Source: Selaginella moellendorffii
Taxonomy: Eukaryota > Plantae > Lycopodiophyta
NCBI RefSeq assembly: GCF_000143415.4
Contig: NW_003314381.1
Span: 62,001 to 126,000, forward strand
Length of the DNA stretch: 64,000 nucleotides
Reading direction: 5' to 3'
The position numbers were made by a program, and so were the translations under genes. The number at the start of each line of letters is the position of its first letter. Within the stretch, counting starts at the first letter, position 1. The notes under the pieces were generated by a model. It saw only the letters and a list, made by a program, of their open reading frames with translations, did no database searches and was not told the origin of the DNA. Of this stretch, positions 26,536-38,491 are shown in pieces.

Positions 26536-27197
26536 GTGGCGTGGACTAGCGAATCTCGTGGAAGAAAAAGGCCGTAGGTCTGTCAAGAGTTATTTTTTTC
26601 TCTTTGTCGAGCCAAGATCTAATTGGCATATCTTTGATTGTCTGTTTTCTTTGCACGAGCTTGGCGGACGCATGAAGATAGGTATGATTTTTTCGTTTTG
26701 GCACTTCATAAGTTCGTCGTTTCGTGATTTCAGTAATTTAACTTCTGTGTCAGATAGAGCTCCCAAATTCTATCGAGCTGCAAACTTTGATTAAGCAAAA
26801 GAGAAAGAGGCCGAATGGACCTGGGAAAATAAAGAAAGGCATCGCGATCGTGCCACACCTGTCGTTTGCCAGAGAAAGACGGGGAGATATGAGAGGAAAA
26901 AACTTTTTTGCGGCATTAACATCTTCTACCAAACGAGACGCTGTCCAGACCCACTTTTGACAAATTTCGGAAAGTCAGCCGAGACACGGCTAGCACTCAA
27001 TGGTGCTCCGCAAAGATATGGTTGCAGAAATTATCCAGGTACGAGCGCGCACTCCCTCTATCAACTTGAGAGGAATTTCCTGCTTAAATCTTGCTCACCC
27101 ATGTTTTTTTTCTCTCCAGACAATCCGAGTTTGTTGATCCGAAGTTCTATCCCAGCGGGTCTCTTTAGAGGAAGGAAGAAAGAAGAGCGAAAGAAGA

Positions 27198-28808
27198 ATG
27201 GTACGATTCCCTCCACCAGCAGCAGCAGCAGCAGCAGCATATCTTCTGTTTCTATTCACTACCAGTAGCTTTGTTCTCGGCAAAAGGTATGAGCTATCGC
27301 CCGGCTGGACTGCTGTGAACAACGAGAGCTTGAAAGGGGCTGGAAGCGATGGCGGTTCTAGCTATCGGATTTTAAGAGCTGGGGAGGATCCTATAGTCAG
27401 TGACAATGGAAGCTTTAGCTTGGCCTTCTACGACCCCCAGGGAACGAACAGATACTTCCTGTGTGTGCTGCTAAACGTTGGGAAATCCAAGCCAGCTCCA
27501 GCCTCTCTCGTGGTTCCAATCTGGATTGCAAACTCCAACTCGTCATTCTCCGGCAAGGCAACTCTGATGCTCACAGGAACACACAAAAAGTTCATACTTC
27601 TCGACTCCACCGGGACTTTGAAGTGGAGTAGCGGTAGCGTGGTCGGAATCTCCAGCTTGGAGCTCGATGAGACAGGGAACCTGATGCTGATCAGCGAAGA
27701 TGGCAGCGTTCTCTGGCAGAGCTTCGAGCACCCGACGAATGTTCTCGTTCCAGGACAGACTTTGCGGCCGGGAATGTCGATCACAAGCGTCAACTCGAGC
27801 TCCCAGCAGCCGGGACCGTTTAGAGGCACTATGGAAGCGAGTGGCTTCGTGTTCTACGTTCTTCCAGAGACGGAGCCGACCATGGCCGATATGCTTCGCA
27901 AGCCGCAGCCGTATCAGGTGTGGAGCGTCGGTTCTAGCAGCAGCAGCCTCGAATCCGCCTTGAAAGTTTGCGACTCTTCCAAGGCGGTGATGGCCGTGAC
28001 AAGCAGCGGCATCGTGATCTCCTACGAGCGTTCCAGCAGCGGCGAGTGTGGCGGCGATGGGAAATCCTTACAGGTGTATAGAAACGACGAGGATACAGCA
28101 GCGGAGAGCCAGTACTGGAAGCTCGAGGAAAATGGCGACTTTGTTCTTCGCGGGTTCCACGAGCGGGAGCAAAACTGGGCGACGGTGTTCGCTCTCTCGA
28201 CCCGGGCCAACGATTCGTGCAAGCACCCGACCGCGTGTGGGAGCTACGGGCTTTGCAACAGCCAGGGGAAATGCCAGTGCGTGGGAAACGAAGAACTGGA
28301 CGATCACACCTCGCACTCTTGCGGCGCTCCGTCCGGCGTCTCGGCCTCTTGCCTCGCGAACGAGGCCGCGAACCACCACTTCGTGAAGATCCCCTCCGCG
28401 ACTTACTTCTCCAACGCGTTCTCCCGGCCGGATCTCCGCAGCTCGTCGCTGGAGGATTGCTCCGCCGCGTGCGCGTCCAATTGCTCCTGCGCCGCCGCGT
28501 TCTTCAGCCGGAGCGGCGGCGGCGATTGCTTCCTGGTGGACGAGGTCATGGGCAGCTTGAGCTTGGTTGGGGGCGGCGCTGGAGCGGAGGAGGGGGATTA
28601 CACGGCGCTGGTGAAGATCCAAAACGCGCAGCTCATCTCGGCGCCACTGTCCGCTAGCCGGGGGAAGGGGACGAGCAAATCCGCGCGGACTGCCATCATC
28701 TTCCTGGCGGTGCTGTGCGGTGTTCTAGCGGTGATGCTGGCGGCGGGCGGCTACATTATCAAGATCAAATATCCCCACGCTTACAACAAGATGATGAGGA
28801 GGTCGTGA
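27198..28808 (+). CDS. S-domain (bulb-lectin/EGF-like/PAN) membrane protein without kinase domain
   Basis: Intronless 536 aa: signal peptide, LWQSFEHPT, C..PTACGSYGLC, C...CASNCSCAAAFF, TM helix and a short basic tail. Confidence 0.92.
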   Translation: MVRFPPPAAAAAAAYLLFLFTTSSFVLGKRYELSPGWTAVNNESLKGAGSDGGSSYRILRAGEDPIVSDNGSFSLAFYDPQGTNRYFLCVLLNVGKSKPAPASLVVPIWIANSNSSFSGKATLMLTGTHKKFILLDSTGTLKWSSGSVVGISSLELDETGNLMLISEDGSVLWQSFEHPTNVLVPGQTLRPGMSITSVNSSSQQPGPFRGTMEASGFVFYVLPETEPTMADMLRKPQPYQVWSVGSSSSSLESALKVCDSSKAVMAVTSSGIVISYERSSSGECGGDGKSLQVYRNDEDTAAESQYWKLEENGDFVLRGFHEREQNWATVFALSTRANDSCKHPTACGSYGLCNSQGKCQCVGNEELDDHTSHSCGAPSGVSASCLANEAANHHFVKIPSATYFSNAFSRPDLRSSSLEDCSAACASNCSCAAAFFSRSGGGDCFLVDEVMGSLSLVGGGAGAEEGDYTALVKIQNAQLISAPLSASRGKGTSKSARTAIIFLAVLCGVLAVMLAAGGYIIKIKYPHAYNKMMRRS

Positions 28809-29138
28809 TCGACGTGATTTTCAAATTTAAATGTCAGAATATGCTCTAGGGGTTTGAGGTGGCAGTCACAAGCTGACATGTCTGATGACGGCACGAGTTT
28901 GTGTTGTTGTGTTGTGACTGCCACGTCAAGCCCTAGACACAGGTGGCAATAATGCATAGTGCCAGATGACATGGCACGAGTGACGTGGCATTCTTTATTA
29001 CTTGCAGTTCCCGCCGACCTGTGCTTCAAAGGTACTGTGATCAATGAATGCCAAAATCGAGGGAGTGAATGCCCTGGCTATTAGGTTAACCAGTCTAGAT
29101 AGATCCATTGTTGGATTGGAGGGCGGAAGAAGCCAGCA

Positions 29139-31814
29139 ATGCCGCCACCGATTGCGAGTAGAAATCTCCATTCCATCTCCGCGATTCTCCTCCTGCTCTT
29201 GGCCGGGCTCACAGGATCGCGGCGAGCAGCGAATGCGAAGAGGTATGATCTTCCTCCGGGCTGGATGGGGAACAACACCCGGGGCGCGCTCACTGAGATC
29301 CGTCTCTCGGATGGTTCTTTCTATCGGATCCTCAAGGCGCCAATTATCGGCGGGCAAAGGCATGATCTAGAGGATGTTACCAGCGACAATGGCACATTTG
29401 CCCTAGCCTTCTTCCATCTCCACGGTGGCTTCTATCTCGCGGTGGTGCTCCAGGCCCCTGGCCATGGCGAGATCTCTTCTTCGTCTTCCTCTAGCAGTGC
29501 CATTCCTGTGTGGATTGCGAACAGGGGTGGCGCCGTGGATGACAATGCGACGCTGCTGCTCACTCCCCAGAACGGCAAGATCATCCTCCTCGATTCCTCT
29601 CATAACTTCCGGTGGGGGCCAAATTCGGAGGCGATCGCGGGCGTGGAGCTCTTGGAGTCCGGGAATTTAGGGTTCTTCACGGCGCAGGGCGCGGTGGTGT
29701 GGCAGAGCTTCGAGCTCCCGCAGGAGGTGATCCTTCCCGGCCAGGCTCTCAAGCCGGGAATGCAGCTCACAAGCAGCGGCACGAATCGATCCAGCCTCTA
29801 CAGGGCCCAGGTCCGCGGCGATGGATTGGTCTTGAGCGCTGGAGATCCCAAGATGATCGTCCCACAGCCCTACTTCGCCTGGAGATTGAAGGAGAAGTGT
29901 GATGGATCAGAAGCAGTTCTAGGATTCACCGGCGCAGAGATCACACTCTCCTATCCAGGCGCTTGTCGATCGCTTGCACTGTCCATCCCGCTCAACACTG
30001 CCGATCCAATCCTTCTTCCGTTCGTGCGACTCGATCCAGATGGCGATCTCGTCGCTTACAAATTCCATCCTCGATCCGCGACCTGGGTGCCCGGATTCCA
30101 GCTCTCGGCTCTCCAGCCCGATTCGTGCAAGCTCCCCAGCGCGTGTGGTACCTACGGCATTTGCGAGCTCGGGGGCAAATGCCGGTGCCTGGAAGTCCCA
30201 CACCGCGGCGGCGAAAGCTACCGCGAGGGCGCGCCGTCAGCTGTACCGTGCGGTACTGCGCCGCCACTTGGCGCACCGCACGGACTACCGCAGGCCGACC
30301 AATGCGCCGACGAATACGTCAACCACCACTTTTTAAATGTGAGTGGCGTGAGCTACTTCGCGGTACCGTTGGCGGTACCCGATATGCGCGGCGCGTCGCG
30401 CGAGAAGTGTGCCGCGGCGTGCCGCTGGAACTGTAGCTGTGCCGCGCTGTTCTTTGATAACCGGACTGGGGAGTGTTTCTTTGTGCTGGACGAGATCTTG
30501 GGCAGCTTGACGATCGATCCCGCGCGGAGCTCCAGCATGATCGCGATGCTCAAGTTCTCGAACAGCCGGATCCTCAAGGGGCCGCAGTGGGGCGCTACTT
30601 CATCGCCGGCGGGGATGGAGAGAGCAAAGAGGGCGATTCTCATCGCCGCCGTGGCTGGCGTGACAGGATTCGCGATGATCTCTCTGGCGGTCTGCCTGGT
30701 GATCGTGCTCGCGCGGCGGTCGAGATCATCCACCCAAGCGAATCTGGAGGAGATGGAGCTGGATCTCGTCTTGAGCGGCATCCAGGGGCTGCCACAGCGA
30801 TTCCAATATTCCGTTCTAGAGGCCGCGACGTGGGGATTCTCCAGGAAGCTTGGAGCTGGAGGATTTGGCTCGGTCTACGAGGGATTCCTGGAGGATGGCA
30901 AGAGAAGCATCGCGGTGAAGAAGCTCGAGGGCGCCAGCGCGCAGGGCGCGCGGCAATTCATCGCCGAGGTCGCGACCATCGGCAGCATCAGCCACATCAA
31001 CGTCGTCAAGCTCTGTGGATTCTGCGTGGAGGGATGCCACCGGATGCTCGTCTACGAGTTCATGCCCAATGGCTCGCTCGATCGCTGGCTCTTCGTCTCG
31101 AATCAAACACCGGAGCATCCGCGAGGAGTCCTGAGCTGGGATCGCCGGGTGGAAATCGCGCTGGGCACTGCTCGCGGGCTGGCCTATCTCCACGAGGAAT
31201 GCCGCGAGCCCATAATCCACCTGGACGTGAAGCCCCAGAATATCCTCCTGGATGAACGGTTCGTGGCCAAGGTCGCGGATTTCGGAATGTCCAAGCTGCT
31301 GGGCGGCCGCGATGTGAGCCACGTGGTGACGTGCGTGAGGGGGACGCCTGGATACTTGGCCCCGGAATGGCTGCTCCATTCCATCGCGACCAAGAAATGC
31401 GATGTCTATAGCTTCGGCATGGTTCTCCTGGAGATCATTGGCGGGCGGAAGAATCTCGAGGTTTCCAGGATGAACAGCGATCTGGCGTGGTACTTCCCGG
31501 CGTGGGTCGTGAACGAGGTCCGGGAGGGGCGATTGATGGAGATTGTGGACGAGAGGATTAGGGCTCTTGTGAGCGAGAAGGCGGCGGCGCAGATGATCCG
31601 GATCGCGCTGTGGTGCGTCCAGGAGAGCGCGGCGTCGCGGCCGACGATGCCGGAGATCGTCCAGATGATCGAGGGGCACAGGGATGTGGAGGAGCCGCCC
31701 ATGGCGTTCCATTTCGCGGTCCAGACAATGGTGGACATCACGGCGTCCAGGGATTGCTTGTCCATGGCCTATGTCACTCCTCCCAGCTTCGATGTCTCGA
31801 GCTTGATCCGGTGA
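29139..31814 (+). CDS. G-type lectin S-receptor-like Ser/Thr kinase (SD2-type, non-RD)
   Basis: Intronless 891 aa: same ectodomain plan, TM, kinase motifs GAGGFG, AVKKL, HLDVKPQN, DFG, GYLAPE. Confidence 0.97.
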   Translation: MPPPIASRNLHSISAILLLLLAGLTGSRRAANAKRYDLPPGWMGNNTRGALTEIRLSDGSFYRILKAPIIGGQRHDLEDVTSDNGTFALAFFHLHGGFYLAVVLQAPGHGEISSSSSSSSAIPVWIANRGGAVDDNATLLLTPQNGKIILLDSSHNFRWGPNSEAIAGVELLESGNLGFFTAQGAVVWQSFELPQEVILPGQALKPGMQLTSSGTNRSSLYRAQVRGDGLVLSAGDPKMIVPQPYFAWRLKEKCDGSEAVLGFTGAEITLSYPGACRSLALSIPLNTADPILLPFVRLDPDGDLVAYKFHPRSATWVPGFQLSALQPDSCKLPSACGTYGICELGGKCRCLEVPHRGGESYREGAPSAVPCGTAPPLGAPHGLPQADQCADEYVNHHFLNVSGVSYFAVPLAVPDMRGASREKCAAACRWNCSCAALFFDNRTGECFFVLDEILGSLTIDPARSSSMIAMLKFSNSRILKGPQWGATSSPAGMERAKRAILIAAVAGVTGFAMISLAVCLVIVLARRSRSSTQANLEEMELDLVLSGIQGLPQRFQYSVLEAATWGFSRKLGAGGFGSVYEGFLEDGKRSIAVKKLEGASAQGARQFIAEVATIGSISHINVVKLCGFCVEGCHRMLVYEFMPNGSLDRWLFVSNQTPEHPRGVLSWDRRVEIALGTARGLAYLHEECREPIIHLDVKPQNILLDERFVAKVADFGMSKLLGGRDVSHVVTCVRGTPGYLAPEWLLHSIATKKCDVYSFGMVLLEIIGGRKNLEVSRMNSDLAWYFPAWVVNEVREGRLMEIVDERIRALVSEKAAAQMIRIALWCVQESAASRPTMPEIVQMIEGHRDVEEPPMAFHFAVQTMVDITASRDCLSMAYVTPPSFDVSSLIR

Positions 31815-31940
31815 GAAGATCATCCAGTAGGGCTTACAGAAGAGGAAGAAGCATCTTTTTTTAACACAAGAATATTCTCCTTGGCGCGAGTTGTAAACTC
31901 TTAGGGTTCTTCTTTGGGTTCATTAGTAAGCCCTAGTGGA

Positions 31941-34142
31941 ATGGCGCTTGCGATTTCTTCCGGCCGCGGCAAGGCGATCCAGCTCCAGCCGGTCTCGCAC
32001 ATCGCGTTCGTGGTACGTGACGCTGCTGATTCGGCCAATGTGCTGCTTGTGCGATCGATCGCTGCTGCCGATCTGGAGCCGGGCGACTCCGAAATCTGGG
32101 ACCTTCCCTGCTTCGATCTGCCGAGGCTCGGCAAGCGGCAGCAGCTGAGAGGCAGCATTGATCATCCACAGCTCGTTTGCAGCGTGGAGGCGGCTCTTCG
32201 AGAGGCTGGAGTGAGAAATTTTGCCATTGAGGAGGCTATTGAGAAGGTGAGGTCTACTTTTTCTTTGCCTTTGTTGGACTTTAGTGTTTGATATGTTGCG
32301 TTTTTTCTTCCTCTAGGTGCAAGCGCTGGTGCCTACGCCTTTACATTTTGTCAGCCTTTGGAAAATTGTTAGAGAGCCAGATTTTGGACCCAGGGCCCCG
32401 ATACAAACCGTGGTGTTGATCGTGGAAGCACCACGATATGTGTCGTCCTTGGGTGGGTTTGATCTTTTTGTTTTTCTTTCTTTTTCTCTTCATACGAATG
32501 TATCTTTCATCCAGGTTCTTGTGAGTGGTTTGATCCTCAGAGAGCGCTGGAGCTGCTTGTGAATGAGACTCGTGATGCCGAACGCGTCGGTGTTCTCGCT
32601 GCTAGTTTTTTCTATCCCTTGTTTCCAAAGGGTACTTGCAGCGATCTTAACTTGGAGTGTTTCTACCAGGTTTGTCTTGTGATGTTGTTTAAGATTATAT
32701 GCCATTAACATTGGATGTTTTGCCAGGAGTATCCCCCAGGAGTGTTAGTCATTCCTATGCTGTCGCGAACTTTGAAGCCTTTTTGCAAAACTAACTTGGT
32801 CATAAGCGCACCAACGAGTTCACGGTTTTTAGATGCGGACGTGAACATCAATGATAGTACATTTACTGGACAGGCTTTGATTGTAGATCCTGGTTGCTCA
32901 GTTCCGACATATAACGAGGTATGGATTCTTGTTTTTCGTTTTTCAAGTTGCTTTACAAGAGAACTTTCTGCAGAACAGCTGGTTGCAATCGTTAGATTAT
33001 TGCCCAAAAAGCTATTTGTTTTTCTAACTCATCACCACCTAGATCACACTGAAGGTCTCCCCGCTGTTAAACGAGCCAACTCCGAGGCCATTGTCATAGC
33101 GCACGAGAAAACTCTCAAGAGAATTGGTCCAGGTTTGTGTGAAATCTATTCAAGTGCTCATGCAAAATTGTATGAAACAGCTCTTTATGGCATCAAGTAT
33201 GTATCAGTAACTGGTGGAACGAAGCTACTTATCAGCGGACAACGTTTTGAGATCATTGCCGCTCCTGTAAGCTGTTTGCGTGATCTATTCTTTAGGCAAG
33301 CAAGCAAGCTTCATTGTCATGGCAGGGCCACACGGATGGACATCTTTGTTTGTTTCACCTCGAAACTCGGACTCTTGTCGCTGGCGACCACTGTGTGGGG
33401 TATGCATAAGTTTTCCAATCGAGTTTCTAATCGACGAGAATCTTTGCAGTGAAGGAAGTTCCATTGTTGATGGCAACTCTGGAGGAAATCTTCATGTAAT
33501 AAACCAGGCTCTTTTATATTTTTATTCTGATTCTTTTCTCCTTGCGTTTACAGGACTACATGAACACTAGCCATCGCCTGTTGGAGCTCGCGCCTAAGGT
33601 AGTGGTGCCGATGCACGGACGGCCCAATCTCTTGCCTTTGCAGCTTCTCAAAGGATACATAAAGTGAGTGATCTCTAAAGCAAATTCGCTGGTGGCAACA
33701 CGTAACTTTGTTTTTTCAGGCATCGACAAACCAGGGAAGCTACTATCTTAAAGGCTATCGAGGCCGGCGCAACGAGTGCGTTCGCCATAGTTTCTAGTGC
33801 GTACAAGCAGACAAACATATTGCTCTGGCCAGCAGCGTTGATCAACGTAAAGGTTCACGTCGACCACCTGCAAAGGCAGCAAAAGCTACCACAGGTATAA
33901 TTCTCACACCAGCGCTGCTATCGTGTATCGGCTAAACATCTACCGCGTTCTCATCGCAGGGGTTTTCCGTGGAGAAATTCAAGCGTAGCTGCGGACTCGC
34001 TTTCAAAGTGCGATGGTTTGCGAGATTCGTCGGTTCGTACGCTTTCCAGCGTAACGCATGGAGACTCCTGGTATGCCTTGCCGCGATTTTCTTCGTTTGG
34101 TACAAATGGGGCCAGGGATCGGGCGAGGAAGAAGAGTGGTGA
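31941..34142 (+). CDS. Metallo-beta-lactamase/hydrolase superfamily protein (LACTB2-like), multi-exon
   Basis: THHHLDH (HxHxDH), PGHTDGH, VAGDH and PMHG across exons. Hydrophobic C-terminal segment. Confidence 0.85.
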
Positions 34143-34691
34143 ATCTACCAACTTTGATAGGTGACTATAAAACTCTCTTATACAGCATGGGACTAATATA
34201 ATGCTCCTGACAATGTTATAAACAATGTATATACGCAAATTTCTTCCTTCTAGAACAAGGTGGTGGATCGTCAAAGCTCTAAGATATGATATATCCAATC
34301 AGACAGAGAAACTCTAGCTGCTGTTACTCTATACGTGTAACAATGATAATAGCTGGTCTTGTAAACAATGCATATAGCGAGCTTGACTAAGCCTCGTAAA
34401 AGCAGGAGCCTCTGCTAGAGTAGAAGTGATACCTGGCATTCCACCGAGGACGCTGCTTTAGACAATGTGACGCCATGCTTGAACACCACGCTTGATTTTC
34501 CCCTGCGTTGAAGCTTTCCACCGCCCGCTTTTCTTTTCTTTTCTTTTTTTTCTTTCTCCGAAGTATTGCTTCGTCAGTAGCTTCTCCAGTCCCTTTATCA
34601 AAGCGAGACGTTGATAGCTCTCGATAGAAGAACGCTCGCTCGATCGAAGAAGAACCGTGCCGAAAGAAAGAAATCTACTTGGCTTGCGACG

Positions 34692-34946
34692 ATGGCTCGT
34701 GGAAGTTTTTGCTGCTCGACCACCACGGTGGTGCTGCTAGTCGCGGCATTCTTGCCGCTGCTGTGTGGAGCTCAAACTTTCCCAGCTCCGGCACCTGGAC
34801 TGGCCTATGGATTCTACAACACCTCCTGTCCCAGCGCCGAGAGCACCGTCCAGCAAATGATGCAGTCCATTCTCACCTCCAACATCTCCGAGGCCGCTGG
34901 GATCATCCGGCTCTTCTTCCACGACTGCTTCGTCCAGGTTACTCGA

Positions 34947-34985
<39 letters not shown>

Positions 34986-35969
34986 CTTCCGAGTTGTTCT
35001 AGGAACTTTGCTGTGATCGCAGGGATGCGATGGCTCGCTTCTCATCAATGCTACCAACGGGGAGCTCTTCTCGATCCCGAACTTGACCATTCGTCGCTCT
35101 GCTATTGCCATCGTGGAGCAGATCAAGGCGAGATTGGAGTCGGCCTGTCCGAACACTGTCTCTTGCTCGGATATACTCGTCTTGGCTGCTCGAGAATCCG
35201 TGACCCAGGTACTAGCAAAGTCCTGTAAGCTCTTCTCGCGCCAAACCTATGTGATCCTTTGCTGTGTTCTTGCCTTCTAAAAGGCTGGAGGACCATCGTT
35301 TCCTGTTCCAACCGGACGTCGCGACGGCACCACCTTCGCCAGTAACCAGACTGTTCTCAGCTTCATCCCGGCTCCCAGCTTCAACTTCTCACAGCTTAAC
35401 TCCTCCTTCCAGACCAAAGGCTTGAACGAAGCGGACTTAACAGCTCTCTCAGGTAAAGCAAGCTCCAAAACTTCTCTTGGACCGTTCCAAAAACTCTGTC
35501 CTCGCTGCCGCTGCTTTCAGGAGCTCACACCATCGGAATCGCGCACTGCTCGGCCTTCATTGGGAACCTGTATCCCAACGTCAGCTCCCGTTTCAACTCT
35601 TCCTTTGCACAGACCCTGTTGCAGTCCTGCCCAAGCAACACTTCCAACAACGTCGTCAACATGGACCTGGTCACCCCGAATGCCTTCGACAGCCAGTACT
35701 TCAGCAACGTTCTCTCTGGCTCCGTCGACTTCGACTCGGACGCTGCTCTTCTTAACAGCACCACCACGCAGAGCAGCGTGCAGGCTTTCGCAGCGAACCA
35801 GACCCAGTTCTTCAACCAGTTTGCCGTGAGCTTCATCAAGATGAGCATGATCGAGGTCCTGACCAACTCGAGCGGGAACATTCGCAATGTCTGCTCGGTC
35901 TTCAACTCCAACAGCAGTAGCACTATTAGCCTGAACTCGTCCCCTGAGAACCTTGTCGAGCAAGTGTGA
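34692..35969 (+). CDS. Class III secretory peroxidase, 4 exons, C-terminal extension
   Basis: Signal peptide, FYNTSCP, RLFFHDCFV, VSCSDIL, GRRDG, GAHTIG, IRNVCSVFN. Confidence 0.96.
34951..34981. repeat. (CT)n microsatellite in peroxidase intron 1
   Basis: Direct reading. Confidence 0.95.
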
Positions 35970-36018
35970 GATTCACATTATTTGGCAATATCTACAAGCG
36001 AGACTTTCATCACCGATC

Positions 36019-36930
36019 TCAGTAATGAGAAACCTGTTGTTCTATGGGAGCGTTGTAGTGTCGCCTGCGAAGTTCTGATTCCGGCTCCAGAGGCTGTTGG
36101 AGGTACAGTCTTGTGGGATCGTTTGGATCGATATATCTGCGAAAAGAACAAAAGTTCAATCGGATTACCGCACGAGGAAAACAACCAGACTCACGCATGG
36201 CGTATCATGTCGTCCACCGGTGCCTGGGTCTCTGGAATGGGATTTTGAGCAGCAGCACGCATGGATTCCGTAGCACGGATGGATCGCAACAGGCCGAAGA
36301 AAATAGGAATGAAAGTTCCAACACCACCTTCTTTGAACAGAATCTTGAAAGGATATGGAGCGTAGAGTGCGGGATTGGCACCCTCTTGAATAACCTTCAA
36401 AAAAAGAGAGAAGAAAGTCACAAACAAATTTCGATGAAGGGAAAAACGATTTCTTAAGTCTGAAGAACTAGAAAAATTAACAAAAGGAAGGAACTTACAG
36501 GATGGACCTTCCCGGATAAGTTGTTGCAAAAGAAGATAGGCTGGTTGAAGCTCTCTTCGTGAATAAACATCTGTGGCAACAAAGGAAAAAATCACAGCTT
36601 TGTCAGGAAAAAGAGAAGATCTTGCAAAATAAATGCTTTGCGTAAATTACCAGAGGCATGTCAAACGCGAAGAAATTCCCTACTGGCTGTCGCGCAACGA
36701 AGACGAGGCGAATATTGGACAGATAGATCGTCCCCTTGGTGACGATCTTGCCACTGGGAACACTGAAAAACCCAAAGAAATCCATGACTCGATGGAATCG
36801 ATCGAGAATGCAATGCTTACTCTGGCAGCTTCTCGACCTGGAACTCCACGCCATCCCTGGCGAGCGCCAGAACCTCGTTCACAAACGGCAGCGGGAACCC
36901 GGATGGATGGAGCTGCGGATTGAGCGCCAT
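36019..36930 (-). CDS. WW-domain-binding protein 2-like / GRAM-PH-fold protein (UPF0664)
   Basis: MALNPQL..PFVNE, KGTIYLSNIRLVFVA, AFDMPL, FKILFKEGGVGTF, AYVDPNDPT across exons. Confidence 0.88.
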
Positions 36931-37006
36931 CGCCAAACCCTAAAATTTCGCCCAGGGATAAAGAACCCTAATATCTGAGAGGGGTTTAAGATAGAGTAGT
37001 CGAGCT

Positions 37007-38491
37007 ATGGTGTTGCGCCAATGCGTCTCGGCCCCGGCGGCGCTCGCTAATCGCTCGCTCTTCCCTTCCAAGGACTGGCGCACTGCGCTCCAGAGGAGCG
37101 GGCGCGGCCAGCGCGGTTTCCAGTCGGCGGTATGCGTCCACGGGCCAATGCTGGGCAGGATTCGCGCGAATGCGACGAGGAAGAAGCCCGTGTCGATCGA
37201 TTCTCTCAAGAACAAGAGCCCGCCGCCAGTGGTGAGCTTGACAGGAGTGTCGCCGCATCCAAATGTTTACAGGGATTTCTCGGATGGAGACGACGAGGCC
37301 GAGCCAGAGGGTAGCGTCATCCAGCTCAAGAAATCTCCCTCGAGCAAGAAGAAATCCAATGCCAGGCCCCCAAAGAAGGAGCTGCGATTCAGTGACTCCG
37401 AGGAGGAGGAAGAAGAGATCGATGCTCAAGTAAGTGATAGTGATAAAGAGCTAGAAGAAGAAGATGATGATCAAACCGGAGAGATATCGCGAAAACCAGT
37501 GCTCACACTTCCGCAAGAGAAAGACGTGGAGGATCTCATGAACAGCTCTCGAGCGATTCTCTACGAGAGATTCGTGTTCAAGCATCTCGGAGAGAGGCCG
37601 ACGAGGCAGCTGTTTGGATCAAACATCCACGTCCTGGCCAACGCGTCCCGGGTGAAGATAAACTCGGTGGAGTTTATCAAGAGCAGCGATGGGATCAAGG
37701 ACTGTCCCATGGATGGTTTTCCAGAGGTGGCTTTCGTTGGGCGATCCAATGTCGGGAAGTCCTCGCTCGTGAATCTTCTCATGGAGAGGAAGAGCTTGGC
37801 TTTGGTGTCGAAGAAACCCGGTAAGTTCTTCACGGTTTTGATCTTCTTCTTGGAAGAACTTTGGAATTTCTTTTTGCCAGGGAAAACGCAGCTTATCAAC
37901 CATTTTCTCGTCAACAAGCGATGGTATCTGGTGGATTTACCGGGTTACGGGTATGATCTTTCAGCGTTTCTCGTTGTTCTTCGATGGTTTTAACTCTTGG
38001 TTTTGGTTTCTTAGTTTTGCAAGCGCTCCAAAAACTTTGTGTGTCAAGTGGAACGAATTCACCAAGGATTACTTCCTCAAGAGGAAGACGCTCGTCATGG
38101 TTGTCCAGCTGATCGACTCCTCCATCCCCGTGCAGCAAATCGACATCGATTGCGCGACTTGGCTCAAGCAACACAACGTAAGTCTCGATCGAGCGAGCGA
38201 GTATTCGCTCGATCTAGCTCTCAAAAACTCCTTTTTTGTTGGTTTTAATCCTTGGTTTCTTGGCGATCGTAGATCCCATCGACGCTGGCTTTCACGAAGT
38301 GCGATCGAAAGAAGAAGAAGAGGAAAACCGGAGGAAAGCATCCGGTGGACAATGTGGTGGAGTTCTTGCAGGAAATGAGGCTGGTAACTACGCAAACTTA
38401 CCCGTGGATTTTGACGAGCTGCGTTACCGGGCAAGGCAGGGACGAGCTGATGATGCACATAGAAGAGTTTCGAAATTACTGGCACAGTTAA
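37007..38491 (+). CDS. EngB/YihA-type ribosome-biogenesis GTPase with transit-peptide-like N-terminus
   Basis: [25 protein letters not shown]. Confidence 0.93.

Noticed and set aside
15907-31823. Long antisense or alternative-frame ORFs over the 4CL and receptor genes (e.g. 227 aa, 335 aa)
   Set aside because: Shadow ORFs expected from GC-rich codon usage, with no motifs.
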